From Peribolospora baueri (taxonomy: Eukaryota), in assembly GCA_029717555.1 (NCBI GenBank), contig JAMDHS010000052.1, positions 1 to 64,000 on the forward strand: DNA of 64,000 nt, written 5' to 3'. Under the pieces are notes generated by a model. The model was not told the origin of the DNA. It saw nothing but the letters and a program-made list of their open reading frames with translations, and searched no databases. Positions 48,444 to 60,813 of this stretch are shown here, in pieces. The first letter of the stretch is position 1. Each line of letters starts with the position of its first letter. The translations under genes were made by a program, and so were the position numbers.

Positions 48444-51400
48444 ACAGCGGCAGCGGGCTGCCTCAGCGTCTGCTAAGAACGGTTCGCCGCGTGGAGGCAG
48501 CGCCGTCGCTCGACTCCGAAGCTTCTGGGGCGAGAAATCCTCAACCGCCAAGCCCCCGGTGCCCCCGCTTCCGAGGAGCTCTTCGAGCGGAGGAGCAACT
48601 GAGGATTCGTCTGCTGCGGCCATGGCAAGGGAGAAGGAAGACTCGCTGGCTACCACGGTCGCGGCACGCATATCGTCGTCTGACTCGGGGCGGGTGTTCT
48701 CAGACGAGGAGGCGACGGTCGAGCCCATCCCAGACGTTCCTGGCGGAGTTGACGGGCAGAAGGCAGTCGTCCGCGTGGAAACGACGCCTCCGGGGATTGA
48801 AAAGGATCACCTGGAAGCGCGGGCGGGCGACGAGAAGGTAGACTCTGTTCGGTCGGCGGACGCACTGACCGGCACGACGAACATGGAGATGGCGACCACC
48901 GACGCCATGCCACCATCCTCTCCCAACGCTCTTCGTGAAGATGAAGCCAGAATGGCGGATCCATCTTCAGTGGTACCGAAGGTAGACGGGGACGAAGCTC
49001 GTGGTACGACTACGCCGATGGGGGAGACAGAGCACGCCCGAGCAATCGTTTCTGAGCCGGCGGCCGCACCTGGGGAAAAGTTGGGCGAGGCCCGTTTCGC
49101 GCGTCGTCCGGACGAGCGCGCCCTCGGTGTCGATGCCAAGATCACCGGCCCAGGCGCCGACGCGCACAACGTTGCCGATGTACCCGGCGTTCCCGCCTTG
49201 CAGACGCTTTCTACATACCCGCCCACAGAGCCGGTGGAGGAGCTTGTCGACCCGACCCCGGCAGGCCCTTCGTCGACATCCGGCGCATCTACCGGTCCTC
49301 ACGACGAGCTCAACGCAGAATCTCAATCTGCCATGCTCTCCTCCTCCTTGGCTCGCCAATCCGTCGACAGCGCTATATCCGGCATGAGCATCTTGACGCT
49401 CGGCTCAACACCTGTCCCATGCAGTCCCGCGGCGGCGAGCACTCCAGAAGAACTTGAGGGCGAGTCATCCATGACGGAATGGGCTTTCCCGCTGCCCCCT
49501 TCGCAGGAGATAGCGGCTTCCATTGACGGCGACCTTGGTGACACTTCAGGCGCGCGGTCTGCCTCGACCTTCGGACCGCGGCACCCTCCACCCTCCTTCG
49601 CGACGCCCCCCACTGTGGAAGCGGCGCTCCCGGACAGTACGATTCTCGGTAGAGACGAGGAGACTCGCACGGCCGATGCAGACGGCGAGCCAGACCTGGC
49701 GTCGAATGAGACCGTCGTGAGAGAAGCCCTTTCCTCTGAAAGGTACGGGGGTGGCTTCGAGGACGATGAGCAGGACGATCTCACCCGGGAGTGGGCCGAT
49801 CATCGAGCCGAAGCGCTTCGACGCTTGCAGAACGTCGTTCAGCAAGGCGTCGGTGGACTCGGCATTGGCATCGAATCGAACGAGGACGGTCCGAGGGCGG
49901 CGCGAGAGCAAACGAAGGATGGTGTTGAGGTGTTTACTACCTCCCAAGCCGGCGGCGAGGCCGTTGTGGCTGCGCCTCGTGAGACCGGCGGCCGCCGCAC
50001 GCCGCCGATCGAAGATCGAAGGAGCTCGGAATCGCGCAGGCCCTTTGCGACGCCTCGGATGGGGCAAGAGGGCTCAGCTGCGGAGGCCCTTCCTCCTCTT
50101 CCTCCTCTGCTAAACGTCAATGCCCAGCAATCACACGATGCTTCGCAAGAGCTTGTGACTGGTCAATCCCAGAGACACACCTCCAACGGGCTCGATGACC
50201 ACGTTGTAGCCTTGACGCCTACGACACAGTCCAGTGCAGCTCACTTCTTCGCCGTCGGCCGCTCTCTCTCTCCCCCGCCCGGCAAGCGGCAAGGGCAGCC
50301 TTTGTCTTTGGAATCCCGATCGTCCTCCTCCGTAACGTCTCCGCTTGCTTCACCTCGCTCCACGCCGGACTTGCGGCGCTCCGCCATCGCCGTCGACTCT
50401 CCAACTTTGCCGCAGGGTGGTCCCGGTCGAGATGGTCTAGCGTCAGGACCCACTCGCTCCATTGAGTCTCCCGAGGCTGCGATCTCCGAGGCACTTCACA
50501 GTGACGCACGTTTGACGAGGCATAGGCGTTCTGCGGAGCACTCAAGGAATGAGGCTGTAGGAGAAGAGGGACAGAGGCCAAGTCTAGGGCAAGAGAGAAC
50601 GCCTACGGTTCCGGCCTGGGAGTGGTCGGAGGGGGGAGAATTCAGTTCACACCGTATCAGTCTGTATGCCGCACCTTCTCTCCCCGACCTGGCTCCTCGA
50701 CGCAGCGGGGAACGAGGAAAACGTGCGCCCCATCCGCCCGTCGCCGGCTCCATCACCCGGCAGCTTTCCCAGCCCGAGACGCCTGACCGAGCGAGTCAGA
50801 GGAAGCATCGGACTAGTTTGTTGGGCGCCACCGGAGACGTGTTCCTCAGCCTCGGCTTCGGCAAGTCCAGGAAGAACAGCGCGCCGGAGTCTTCCTTGAC
50901 GGCCACAGGTGTTGTCGGTCCGTCGTCGGCCGTAGAAGCGTCCAAGTCCTCGGAGACGGACAGTTTGATGAGCAAGCGTGGGAGACCGCGCGCTCCGACC
51001 TTGGGTGACGGGCGGCCCACGTCTTCAGTTAGCCAGCAGAGCAGCGAAGCGAGTGGGAGTAGGAAGAGAATGAGCGTTGCCTCGTCGGGTACCGCTTCTC
51101 TGTCGTCGCCCGGATATGGATCAGGCGCGCCCTCCGTCTGGTCGCTTGGCTCCAGAGACAGTCGGACAGGCGGCGACCAGCGCGGCTTCGTTTACCGACC
51201 GGAGGAGACGGACCGGCGGAGCGAAGTAAGCGCGGGAGATCATGCGGGTCGTGAATCCGTTTCGGGCAGGTCGTCCGCTTCCTTGGCCAGACGGATGCGG
51301 CCTTCGTCCATCGTGGTCAGTAGGGCGGCGTCGTACGCGGCCTCCGACACGTCTTCCTTACACCCTCCCTCTCGGCCTGATCCGCCCGAACCGATCTCGC

Positions 51401-53849
51401 CGGTCAACGCGAGCGACGTGCCTCCCTTTCCCACGTCTCGCTCGGAACTCGACGACATCAAAGTGGTAGCCGCGATGGTGACCAAGTTCCACCCCACCGG
51501 TGGCCTCTTCAGCTCTCGGGGCAGGAACTGGAAATCGCGCTGCATGGTGCTTACCTCGACGAACAAAAGCATCGGCTCCCCGTCACCTACGGCGTCGCCG
51601 GGCCCCCCGCCTTCCCCCGTTGCTCCCAGAGCCGCAACCGGTCCTCTTACGCGTGCACACCTCCACATCTTCAAGTCCAATAATGCCATGCACCCCGAGC
51701 TGGAGCGCATCGAAATCACTGCTGATAGCTATATCGCCATCGCGGACGGGTTGGATGAGGCAGAGGGCCGTCGCTGGGTCCTCAAGATCGGTGGTATTTG
51801 GAGAGGAGATGACGGCAAGGCCAAAGGCGGCAAGCGAGCAGGCCAGCATGCTCAGTGGTTGATTCAAACGAAAGATCGGGACAGTATAGTTATGTGGCAG
51901 GATGAGGTCAAGGTGAGTGTCGAGTCGAGCGGATAGACCCCAAGTCGGCGGCTCGTCAAGCTAAGGCGTATTTCTTTTCCCCTCACCAGTCGGTCGTCTT
52001 GGCCAAACGGGCCGAGCAGATGGGCTTGCCCAGCTTCCGGTCGCACAACGGCATGCAAGGCGACATGGACGTCGAGCTGTCGTTGCAAGGGCTCAAAGCG
52101 TCGAACAACTCGATGGAGCGCCCTCGTGCCGCGTCGACGTCATCCAGTTTCGTCCAGGTCGACCATCCTGGCCGCATTGCCGAGGAGACGAAGCTGGAGC
52201 AGCGGAACCTGCCATCGACGAGCTCTGTAAAGAGCGGGTCATGGGGCGTTCTCAGCAAGGGTCGCCACCGAGCGTCGGCGAGCATTTCCTCGCTTGCCTC
52301 GATCGGCTCTAGGTCGTCCAATAACGACGCTTCCGGCAGTCAAGGAGATGGTCCGCGACGAAGAGGATCTAAAGCTTCGCTTCAACGCACGTCCAGTTGG
52401 GCTCTTTCTGAAACCCGTAAGGCCGCCCGCTCTCCTTCCCAAGCTGCGCTTGCTGCCCTCTCCGCAGCAATGGAGGGCCACGAGGGTATCACCCCCATGA
52501 CCGACGAGACGGGCCGCGAAGGACTGCAGACGCGCTCCGGGCCCGACGGGAGCAACGATAGTTCTGAAAGCCGTCCAATCGACGACCTCGAGCAGGATCC
52601 TCTTCCCCGCCCGCTCGACACGAGTCACAGAAAACGCACGTCCCTCTCTCCACCCCCTCGGCCAAAGGCTCGCCCCATCCCTTCTGGAGTGCCAGCTGTC
52701 AGCGACGCCGACCTCATAGTCGGGGGAAAGTCAACTTCATCGGTCTCGACGGCGACGCCACCGCTTGATGCCACTCCGAAGCTAGAGGCGACACAGCCCG
52801 GCGCAACTGCAGCCTCGCTCACAGGCGCACCCACCCCAGGGCCGACGGGGCGCTTGAGATCTCGTTCGCAATCTGCCATGTCCCTTCCCAAGGTGGAAAG
52901 AGGCAGCGTCGGAAGCTCTCACTTCGACCTTCCCTTGAGCCCCAGTAGGGTGTCATTGCAGCGACACCAGATCACCCCGCCATCAGCACCCACTCCAACT
53001 GGGGCCTTGCCACCGATCCCTGTCGGGCCCGCACAACTGCCCAAGCGCCCCAGCAGAGACAGCGTCCTGGGGCTGGCTCCGATGCTCTTGCCTTCATTAC
53101 TAGAAGCGAGGAGGCAAGGGCAGACTACGCCGCCTTCGTCGACATCACCCACGCTGCCGTCCCATCCTTCGCGGACCAGTAACAACATGACCCATCCCTT
53201 CGCTCCTGCCCCGTCCCCGACGTCTGAGTCATTCGGACCGTCTTTGAGCTACAACCGTCCAGGATCGACGTTTCGTCGGTCAGTTCGCCCCAGCGACATT
53301 AGCGTGCCTCCGCTCACGCGTCGGTCAGAGTCCAACAGCAGCTTGCGAAGCATGGAACGCAGGAGTCCCATCTCGCCTCCGCCCACTGGCAGCGGGATCG
53401 TTGGGCCCATGACCGGCTCGAGCCGCGTGGGCACGCCTACGATGGCCCGGACTAGCTCGGAGGTCACGTCGCGAACCAACGTGACGCCGACCAGCATGGT
53501 TGCCAGTCCGACCTATCCGCCACCGTCGAGGCCTTCGCTGCACCGTGGAAACACCTTGCTTAATCGGTCCGGGCAACAGCCGCCGGCGATGAGACCCCCT
53601 CCGAGAGGCCCTCTTCCGTCCCTCCCGCCGCCAGGACCTCCGCCGTCAGCGCCTCTTCCCGCGCTTCCAACTTCGCCTCCTCCCTCCGGACCGCTGCCTC
53701 CTCCACCTCGGCCACCGACTCCCGCCTCGGCGTCCGGCCCTCTCAGTCCGCGCGGAAGTGTTTCTGGCAACAAACCTGCGCTTCCACCGCCTCTTCCACC
53801 ACCTCAAGGAGCTCTGCCTCCTCTGCCCACGGGAGCTATGCAGCGTTGA
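46759..53849 (+). CDS. Large Ser/Pro-rich protein with a PH-like domain and polyproline tail; intron 51913-51989
   Basis: Two long ORFs joined in frame by GTGAGT...CTAAG...CAG; NWKSRCMVLT...HLHIFKS...WVLKIG...IVMWQDEVK PH pattern. Confidence 0.8.
48397..48447 (+). repeat. CAG/CAA repeat encoding Q17
   Basis: Directly visible and in frame. Confidence 0.95.
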
Positions 53850-54541
53850 ACGAGATCGTCTCAGTCGTTTAGTCGTTTATGTTTTCATATGTTGTCCGGA
53901 GGTTCTGGAGCAAGCTGATACCCATCCAACGTCTGTCTTCGCTTTCTGTTTCATGACCTGTACTTTTTTTTATGCTGCCTTTGTTTTTGTTGTTTGGGGA
54001 TTGGCCGGAAACTCAGCAAGTTTCCCGTCCGTGCCTGACAGCCCGGCCTACGCTACTTGTCTCTCTCTGTTGCCTCTCAACTCCATCATGATACCATGGG
54101 TAACTCTTGCAAACATGAATTTGAGAATTTTGATTCTTTGGGATTGTAACGCGCGCGGTCGTTGTGTCGTCCGACTTGGTTTCAGATGCAGTTTCGCATA
54201 ACTCATTTCACGTGTTGGAGAGTCGCGCGCTGCCATCACTCTGCCTCTCTTGCCCTGCTTCTTTCGCCACCGCCTTTCTGTTCGCACCGTCTGTAAATTC
54301 CGCACGTGTTATGCTTGTTCTTGGTGGGGGGCAAGCCGGGTGATAACTTCAACCAGATCGCCTCGCGCACGGACCCCATCATCGTCATCAGCCCGTTCCC
54401 CGCCCGCGGATTGTAATGACGAGCAGACGACCGGCTTAGAGACTGCCCTCTCTGTCCTTGTGAGACAAGGTACGTCCAACGCCTATATCGGCGTTTCTAC
54501 CTTTCTCCCTCCCTTCGTAACTCTGCATACCATTTATCAGC

Positions 54542-56337
54542 ATGTCCGACCCCGTCCCCCTAACGAGCGGAGCACTCCTCGACTCCGACCCCGCGCGCCC
54601 CGCCGCTAGCGCAACGGTCGCTTTTCGGGACATTATACCCCCTCCTGGGCATCCGAAGATTGCCAACATCGAATCACACAACGCACGCACCTGGTGTGAT
54701 ACCCGAGCCGCCGAAATTCCCCCGGTAGCATGGCTCGTGCGACAGCTCAAGAAAGAAAGAATTCTCGGTGAGCCTGGTATGCCGTTCAAGGGCTTCACCG
54801 CGAATGGCGAGGTGGAGGAAGGCGTATACTCCTATGGAGACAATGAGGGCGCCCCCGTGGACAAGGCCGCCGCGGCGGCAGAGGAGCTGCTCAGGGCCCT
54901 GGATAACGAACAGAAGAAGGCAGTGCAGAAGGGCCCGGTGGAGTTGGACGACGAGTTTCGGATCTGGAGCAACCCAGAACTGTATGTAAACCCCGGTGCG
55001 TTTGTCTCTATGCCGTGGACGAAAGGAGACCGGGCCATCTACCCTGCTCACTGGTTGGCATGGCACTTTGCTGCTGCTTCAAACTTCATTTCTATTTTCC
55101 CCCCCTTTCGCTCTGCCCTGCCAATCGCTATTAGGAGGCCTTCGTCTCGATGAGACCACACACGAGGTCCAAAAGCTCGTGCACACGCTCCTACGCGCTT
55201 CTCTTTCACCAGCGGGCTACCACAAAGCCCTCGGCTGCACCCTGACGAACGAGTTTCTCGGCCATCTTGTCAATGGTCCCGCCGTGCTCAACCGGCACTC
55301 CTACAATTTTCGGCTCTTTGGTTCGCCGTCTCTGGATCAACCTTGGGGGTACAGTTTCTTTGGGCATCATTTGTGCTTGGCAGTCGTGTTCGTTGGCAAA
55401 AGGATGGTCATCGGCCCAACATTCATGGGCGCGGAGCCAGACCGAATCGATGGAGGAGAGCACGAAGGACTGAGACTGTTCGAAGAGGAGGAGTTTGGAG
55501 GTCTCAGCTTCATGCAGGCCCTGCCAGAAGAGATGCAAAAGCAAGCGCAGTTGTTCGAGGATATTGAAGGTACAAGTCTGCCGAAAGGCAGGTGGAACCC
55601 ATATGACGAGCGACATGTGGGAGGCGCGTTCCAGGACAACCGAGTCGTTCCATATGGTATGTGCGCCTCAATGTCGTCCTCTCGCAGAACTTGCCTGCGC
55701 GCCTTTGTCTCATGCCGGTGTTTTGTTGTGCGCTCTCTTCGGTACACCTTATGTAGAAGGTCTGCCATGTCGCCTTCTGCCCCCTCTCCTCCGACCCAAG
55801 CTTCTCTCTCTTATCTCCTCATTTCTCGCCTTTTATCCGTCTGGACCACTGAGGGCTCGCATGGCCCAGATCGAGGGTCATCTGGATAGGACGTACTTTG
55901 CGTGGATGGGTGAATTTGGCGACGACGACCCGTACTACTTTAGGATACATTCGCCGGCCGTTTTTGTCGAGGTCAGTCACCTCTCACCCTACCGAGATAC
56001 CGGAAAACAAAGTAAAATGGGATGCTCATGCCTCTGACCGTCGGTACATTCCCTCTCCTCATCAGTTCGACTTCCACTGTGGCAGTGAGTGGAGGTCTCC
56101 TTTTCACGAAATCGTGCCAAGCTTGTTCAACCTGAGTTCATCTATATTGATGCACATGCATGCCCTTCTTCGCCGATACGTGTCTCAGTTTTCCTCACCA
56201 ACACTTCGCCAGCCAAGTGTCACATTCATACCATCACGCGTCTGCCCAATGGAGGCGACTATGGCAAGGCATTGATCGCACAGGAGAAACGTGCGAAGTC
56301 GGAGAGAGATGGTCAGGGTGATGATCACCCAGAATGA
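54542..56337 (+). CDS. DUF3500-family protein, multi-exon
   Basis: WSNPE, GLRLDE, ASLSPAGY, FGSPSLDQPWGYSFFGHHLCL, FMGAEP, YFRIHSP, EFDFHCG and HIHTITRLPNGGDYG; 19-nt microexon 56066-56084. Confidence 0.9.
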
Positions 56338-56730
56338 GCTGTTGTGGACGCCGTCCGTTTAGAGGCCATCGGTAGCCTGTACATGGAGATGAACCTTCTA
56401 CTGTGCCCACCGGCCGGAAGCTGTAGATCCCGTTACTGCGACGCGGATCGGGTTACCCTCCTAAATCCACGACGACCCTCCGGCCACCTGTCAGGGTTTC
56501 CTGGCATATGGGGCACTAATCACCCACACCAATATTATCCTCGGCAAGCCGAGGTTGGAGCTATTCAGTCCAAGTATTGACTGGCGCCAACACCGCATCC
56601 GAGTACCCCTGCTGAGGCGATACCCCAACCGATTTCCGTTACCTTGAACGGCTCTGATTCCATCAGTTAGACGGTGTGGTGATGATGTATACTTCGTCGT
56701 GGTTGTCTTCACAGGAGCCAATGGACCAAG

Positions 56731-56790
56731 TGTTGGTCTAGTTGCAAAGATCTTCCTCACGAGACAGGTCACATGATATATTCTCTAACT
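56731..56790 (-). repeat. 3' LTR-like repeat with adjacent polypurine tract (56791-56802)
   Basis: TGTTGGTCTAGTT...ATCTTCCTCACG...CAGGTCAC...TAACT recurs at 60067; TTGAGGGAGGAG on the minus strand. Confidence 0.7.
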
Positions 56791-59083
56791 CTCCTCCCTC
56801 AACACGATGTCCATCTTGACCGTCTAACATCGGTTTGCTTAGATGGTTGTGACGACAACAGGTCCGTGGTCTTCGACCCTGAATTTGCGGCGTGCTCGGA
56901 AGAGAATTTCCTTTGTCGGGATTTTGGTGAGGACGTCAGCCGTGTTGTTACCCGTTCTGATCTCGCGGAGTCGAATGTGCCGTTTCTTCACCGCCCCTCG
57001 GATGTGGTGATCTTTGATATCGACGTGCTTGAACTTTTGGTGATTCTGCGGATCTTCCGCGGCTCGGATTGCAGCTTGGTTGTTGGACCTGATGATAGGT
57101 CGTGTATCCGATCCCAATTCACGAAGGAGGGATTTGAGGTAGGCTGCCTCCTTAGCGGCTTCGGAAGCAGCGACGTACTCGGCTTCAGCTGTCGACTTTT
57201 GGGTTTGACTGCGCCAGCTGATGAGGTCTCCGAGGCGACAGAAGCAGTATCCGGTCTTGCGGAGCATGTACAGCCGATAGGACTTTCGGGATTCATCATA
57301 GCCCAGGAAGACGCCGGGATGCTGCGGTCGGAGAGTTTGCCGACGGGGTTCTTGGCGAGAGCGTAAGCGACGCATCCGAAGCGACGGAGACCGGAGAGGA
57401 TGGGTTTCTTCTTGTACCATCGGGTATAGGGGAGCTTATTTCCGAGCTTCCGGGCAGGAAGATGGTTAATGAGGTATGCCGCGGTAGTGACGGCCTCCTT
57501 CCAATATTGGTCCCCAAGCTCAGCATCCTTGAGAAGCGCACGAGTTGTGGTCATGAGCGTCCTGTTTTCCTCTCAGCAACGCAGTTCTGTTTACTCGTAT
57601 CAACGGCCGTGATCTGCCATTATATCCCCTTCGGGTCCGTCCAGGCCTTAGTTTCCGTCTTGAGGAACTCTTTGCCGTTGTGCATCGGATCGTTCCGATG
57701 CGGTTACCCGTGTGTGCCTCGGCGGTAGCGGCCCACTTGCAGAGTTGAGCGGAGGCAGAGCTTTTGTTCTCGAGTGGGATCGCCCATACGAAGCGAGAGG
57801 CGTCGTCCACGACAGTGAGGACATATTCGTTGGGGTTGTGGAGCATCCCCCGGACCGGCCCTATGAGGTCGACGTGGATGAGTTGGAGGCAGCGTGCAGC
57901 ACGCGGGGTGATGCTGTGAGGAAAGCTAGCCTTGGAGTGTTTGGACCGAGTGCAGACCTCGCAGAAATGTGTGCGAGATGTGCGGAGGGACGCGACGCCC
58001 AAAGAGGGGAGAAGACGAATTCGTTCATTACTAGCATGACCCAAGCGGGCGTGCCAGATGGATGGTACAGTAGGAGGGGGACAAGGGGAGGTCTTAGCCC
58101 GTAGAGCCTGGAAGACTCGCCAGCAAGAGTTGTGCATGGCGAGGTGGACAGTGGGACAACCGGGGCGGGCAATGCGGGCGTATCAGTTGTCCATGGAGGT
58201 CTTGAATCCAGACTTGACCAACCGGGCGACGGAGATTAGGTTTTCATCTAGGGCTGGGACGTAGAGGCATTCCGGAAGGGTGATGGTATGTGTGAGCCCT
58301 TTTGCATCGACGAACTTGATGATGACTTCGCCGATCCCTTCGATTGCCACGATAACGCCATCCGCCAACTCGACTTCGCCCCGAGTGATCCTTAGATGGT
58401 GGAAGGAGTCGCGGTCATAGCACATATGTGTTGTGCTTCCCGAGTCCAGGTTCCAACTCTTCATCTTCGTCCCCAAGAGTCTGGTTCGCAGTGCCTTCTC
58501 CCTCCTAAACGTCATCGTACTCACGTCCTCTGCCGTCCAGGCGTCGCTCTCTCCATAGTCCACTGATCCGACCTCAGAGCCGCTGCCCTCGGTAGACACC
58601 TTCCAAGCCTTGGGGACGGACTTGCTCTTCGTGTCCTTCTTCAAGCTCTTCCTAGGGGGGGGCTTGCGGGAGTTCCCACCCCCTTCTCGACGTCGTCCCT
58701 CCAGACTCTCGGATCGAAGTTGGGAGGTCGCAATCCCTGATCCAGTGGTCCGGGCTCTTGCAAAAGTTGCAGGTGCCCGAGGGTGGCTTCCTCCTTCCAC
58801 CCTGGCCACGTCCTCTTTGGTGTGGGGTGTCATCGGTGGACGTGTGCCTCGCCCTGGATCGGCGGGACTCGATTGGGTTACGGCGTCGCATTACGGACTA
58901 GGAGCAACGGGACACCCTCTTCACAGCATGTTCCGAGGACGCAAGACTCGACGCTGCCGTCGCCGCGATGGAGACAAGCGGCAATCCGGACTACAAGACG
59001 TACTACGGGGCTACGCTCTTTCTCACCTCTCGGGACTCGATTGGGTTACGGCGTCGCGAGTCCCGAGAGGTGAGAAAGAGCGT

Positions 59084-59803
59084 AGACACCCCCCTCTTTC
59101 CATGAAATCTACAAGGAGCCCCTACTGTGGCGTGATGCTCGACACAAGCACCGCTGCGAAACATGTCTGCAAAAAGCAATGGGTTTAGTGATATGCAAGC
59201 GCCAAGAAGAAAAGGCAGGACCCTAAAAAGTCCTCCACTTGAACGCGCAAAGTTCGTATACCGGCATTCGTCCCCCTTGTTTATTGACACCCTAGTCAAA
59301 AACAATGAGGTACACAACATTGCCGGTAAACCTCTGTCACTCCAGGTCAAACGGACCCTAGCTTTCAATATGAAGTTTATTCCGAAACCTAGAATGTCAG
59401 ACACCGAATGGACTACCTCTATTGATTTTTTTTTTTCGTTCGAAGTTTTTCGTTCGAAGTCCTCAATAGAAGTAGTCCATTCGGTGTCTGACATTCTAAG
59501 TTTCGGAATAAACTTCATATTGAAAGCTAGGGTCCGTTTGACCTGGAGTGACAGAGGTTTACCGGCAATGTTGTGTACCTCATTGTTTTTGACTAGGGTG
59601 TCAATAAACAAGGGGGACGAATGCCGGTATACGAACTTTGCGCGTTCAAGTGGAGGACTTTTTAGGGTCCTGCCTTTTCTTCTTGGCGCTTGCATATCAC
59701 TAAACCCATTGCTTTTTGCAGACATGTTTCGCAGCGGTGCTTGTGTCGAGCATCACGCCACAGTATGGGCTCCTTGTAGATTTAAAGGAAAGAGGGGGTG
59801 TCT
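59084..59803. repeat. ~720-bp palindrome (~340-bp near-perfect arms, 37-nt loop), probable Penelope-like element 5' fragment
   Basis: 59084-59425 is the reverse complement of 59463-59803; nearly identical N-terminal peptides on both strands. Confidence 0.95.
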
Positions 59804-60066
59804 CTAACTGGGATACAGCTAGGCTGTTCACCAGTCTTCCTCCCCTAGGGGGTCGACTGCGAGACGCTTATTATGGCGTTGGATGGCGGTGGAGGGGGGG
59901 TGGCGGTGGTGGTGGTCATTGGGCGCCGAAGGGGTGGGAGAGAGCCGGAGGTCGGCTTTTATCGAGGGTTAGGGTTTTTGTTGTCAACTGGGGGTGGCCA
60001 TGAAGTTGCTGTGGACAAAAAACGAAGCCCCACGAGAAGAAAGAGCAAGCTGCGACAGAAAGCTCG

Positions 60067-60133
60067 TGTTGGTCTAGTTACAAAAAAATCTTCCTCACGT
60101 GTCAGGTCACGTGAAAATCTATATTTTTTAACT
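60067..60133 (-). repeat. 5' LTR-like repeat
   Basis: Diverged direct copy of 56731-56790; no recognisable PBS. Confidence 0.65.
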
Positions 60134-60274
60134 CCATCCCCATATTAGAACCCGTCACCGCCCTTTTGAACCGCCGCACTGATCCGACGACGTATGGTCC
60201 TCATCCGCACTCCACCTACGAGCTGGCCTCTTACGTGGAAGAGGACAATTTTGCTCCGACTTTGCCGCCATCGC

Positions 60275-60690
60275 TTGTCTCGTGAGAGGTTGCGTTGGGT
60301 GTGAAACTAATAGAGTGTGTGGTGGTCGGTGTAGACGTCGAATTTGGGAGCGCCTTAGGAAAACGCGCCAGGTGCGGAGGGCGTGTACTACTGCGAGTAA
60401 CTCTTGCTTATGCGTTGGGCAGCGAGTTTCCGCGGGTGTGAGCTTGCGAGACTCGAAGGCGAGCGGGTGCCATTTGTTGTCTTCGAAGCGTTGCTCAATC
60501 ACAGCACCGATGGCGTGAGGTTGAGGCGTCTGTAGTGATGCGAATGGGAATATCCGGCCGGTAAAAACAGAGAACAGGTGCCGAAGTGAACGCCTTCTTG
60601 AGGTCCTCGAAGGAACAGTCACAGAGGGGGTCCCAGGCGAAAGGGAGGCTTTTGTGTAGGAGAGCAGAGATCACGTCGTTCGTCAGCCGC
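60275..60690 (-). mobile_element. Ty3/Gypsy RT-connection/RNase H fragment
   Basis: SFEDLKKAFTSAPVL, TDAS/AIGAVIEQ, PLAFESRKLTPAE and ELLAVVHALRTWRVFL; frameshifted. Confidence 0.85.
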
Positions 60691-60813
60691 CATGTCTTGT
60701 GGACTTGCCTGGCCAATATGTGCATGAGTGCCGTTGGCATAGCACGTCTTTCTACGTTCGTAGTTTACAGCCATCCATAGCCTGAATCAAGCACACCTCA
60801 CGCCGGCCGTGTC

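Larger units (their letters stand above)
56731..60133 (-). mobile_element. Degenerate Ty1/Copia LTR retrotransposon lacking RT
   Basis: Zn knuckle CNFCKSPDHWIRDC, protease LDSGSTTHM, WHARLGH, integrase IHVDL...VDDAS and RNase H STAEAEY...KHVDIK...ADVLTK; flanked by direct repeats. Confidence 0.9.

Noticed and set aside
59003..59807. Two overlapping 214/240-aa genes
   Set aside because: Produced by the palindrome; each second half is the antisense translation of the other arm.
59964..59977. Telomeric repeat AGGGTTAGGGTT near the PLE-like palindrome
   Set aside because: Only two units and ~160 bp from the arm; compatible with chance.
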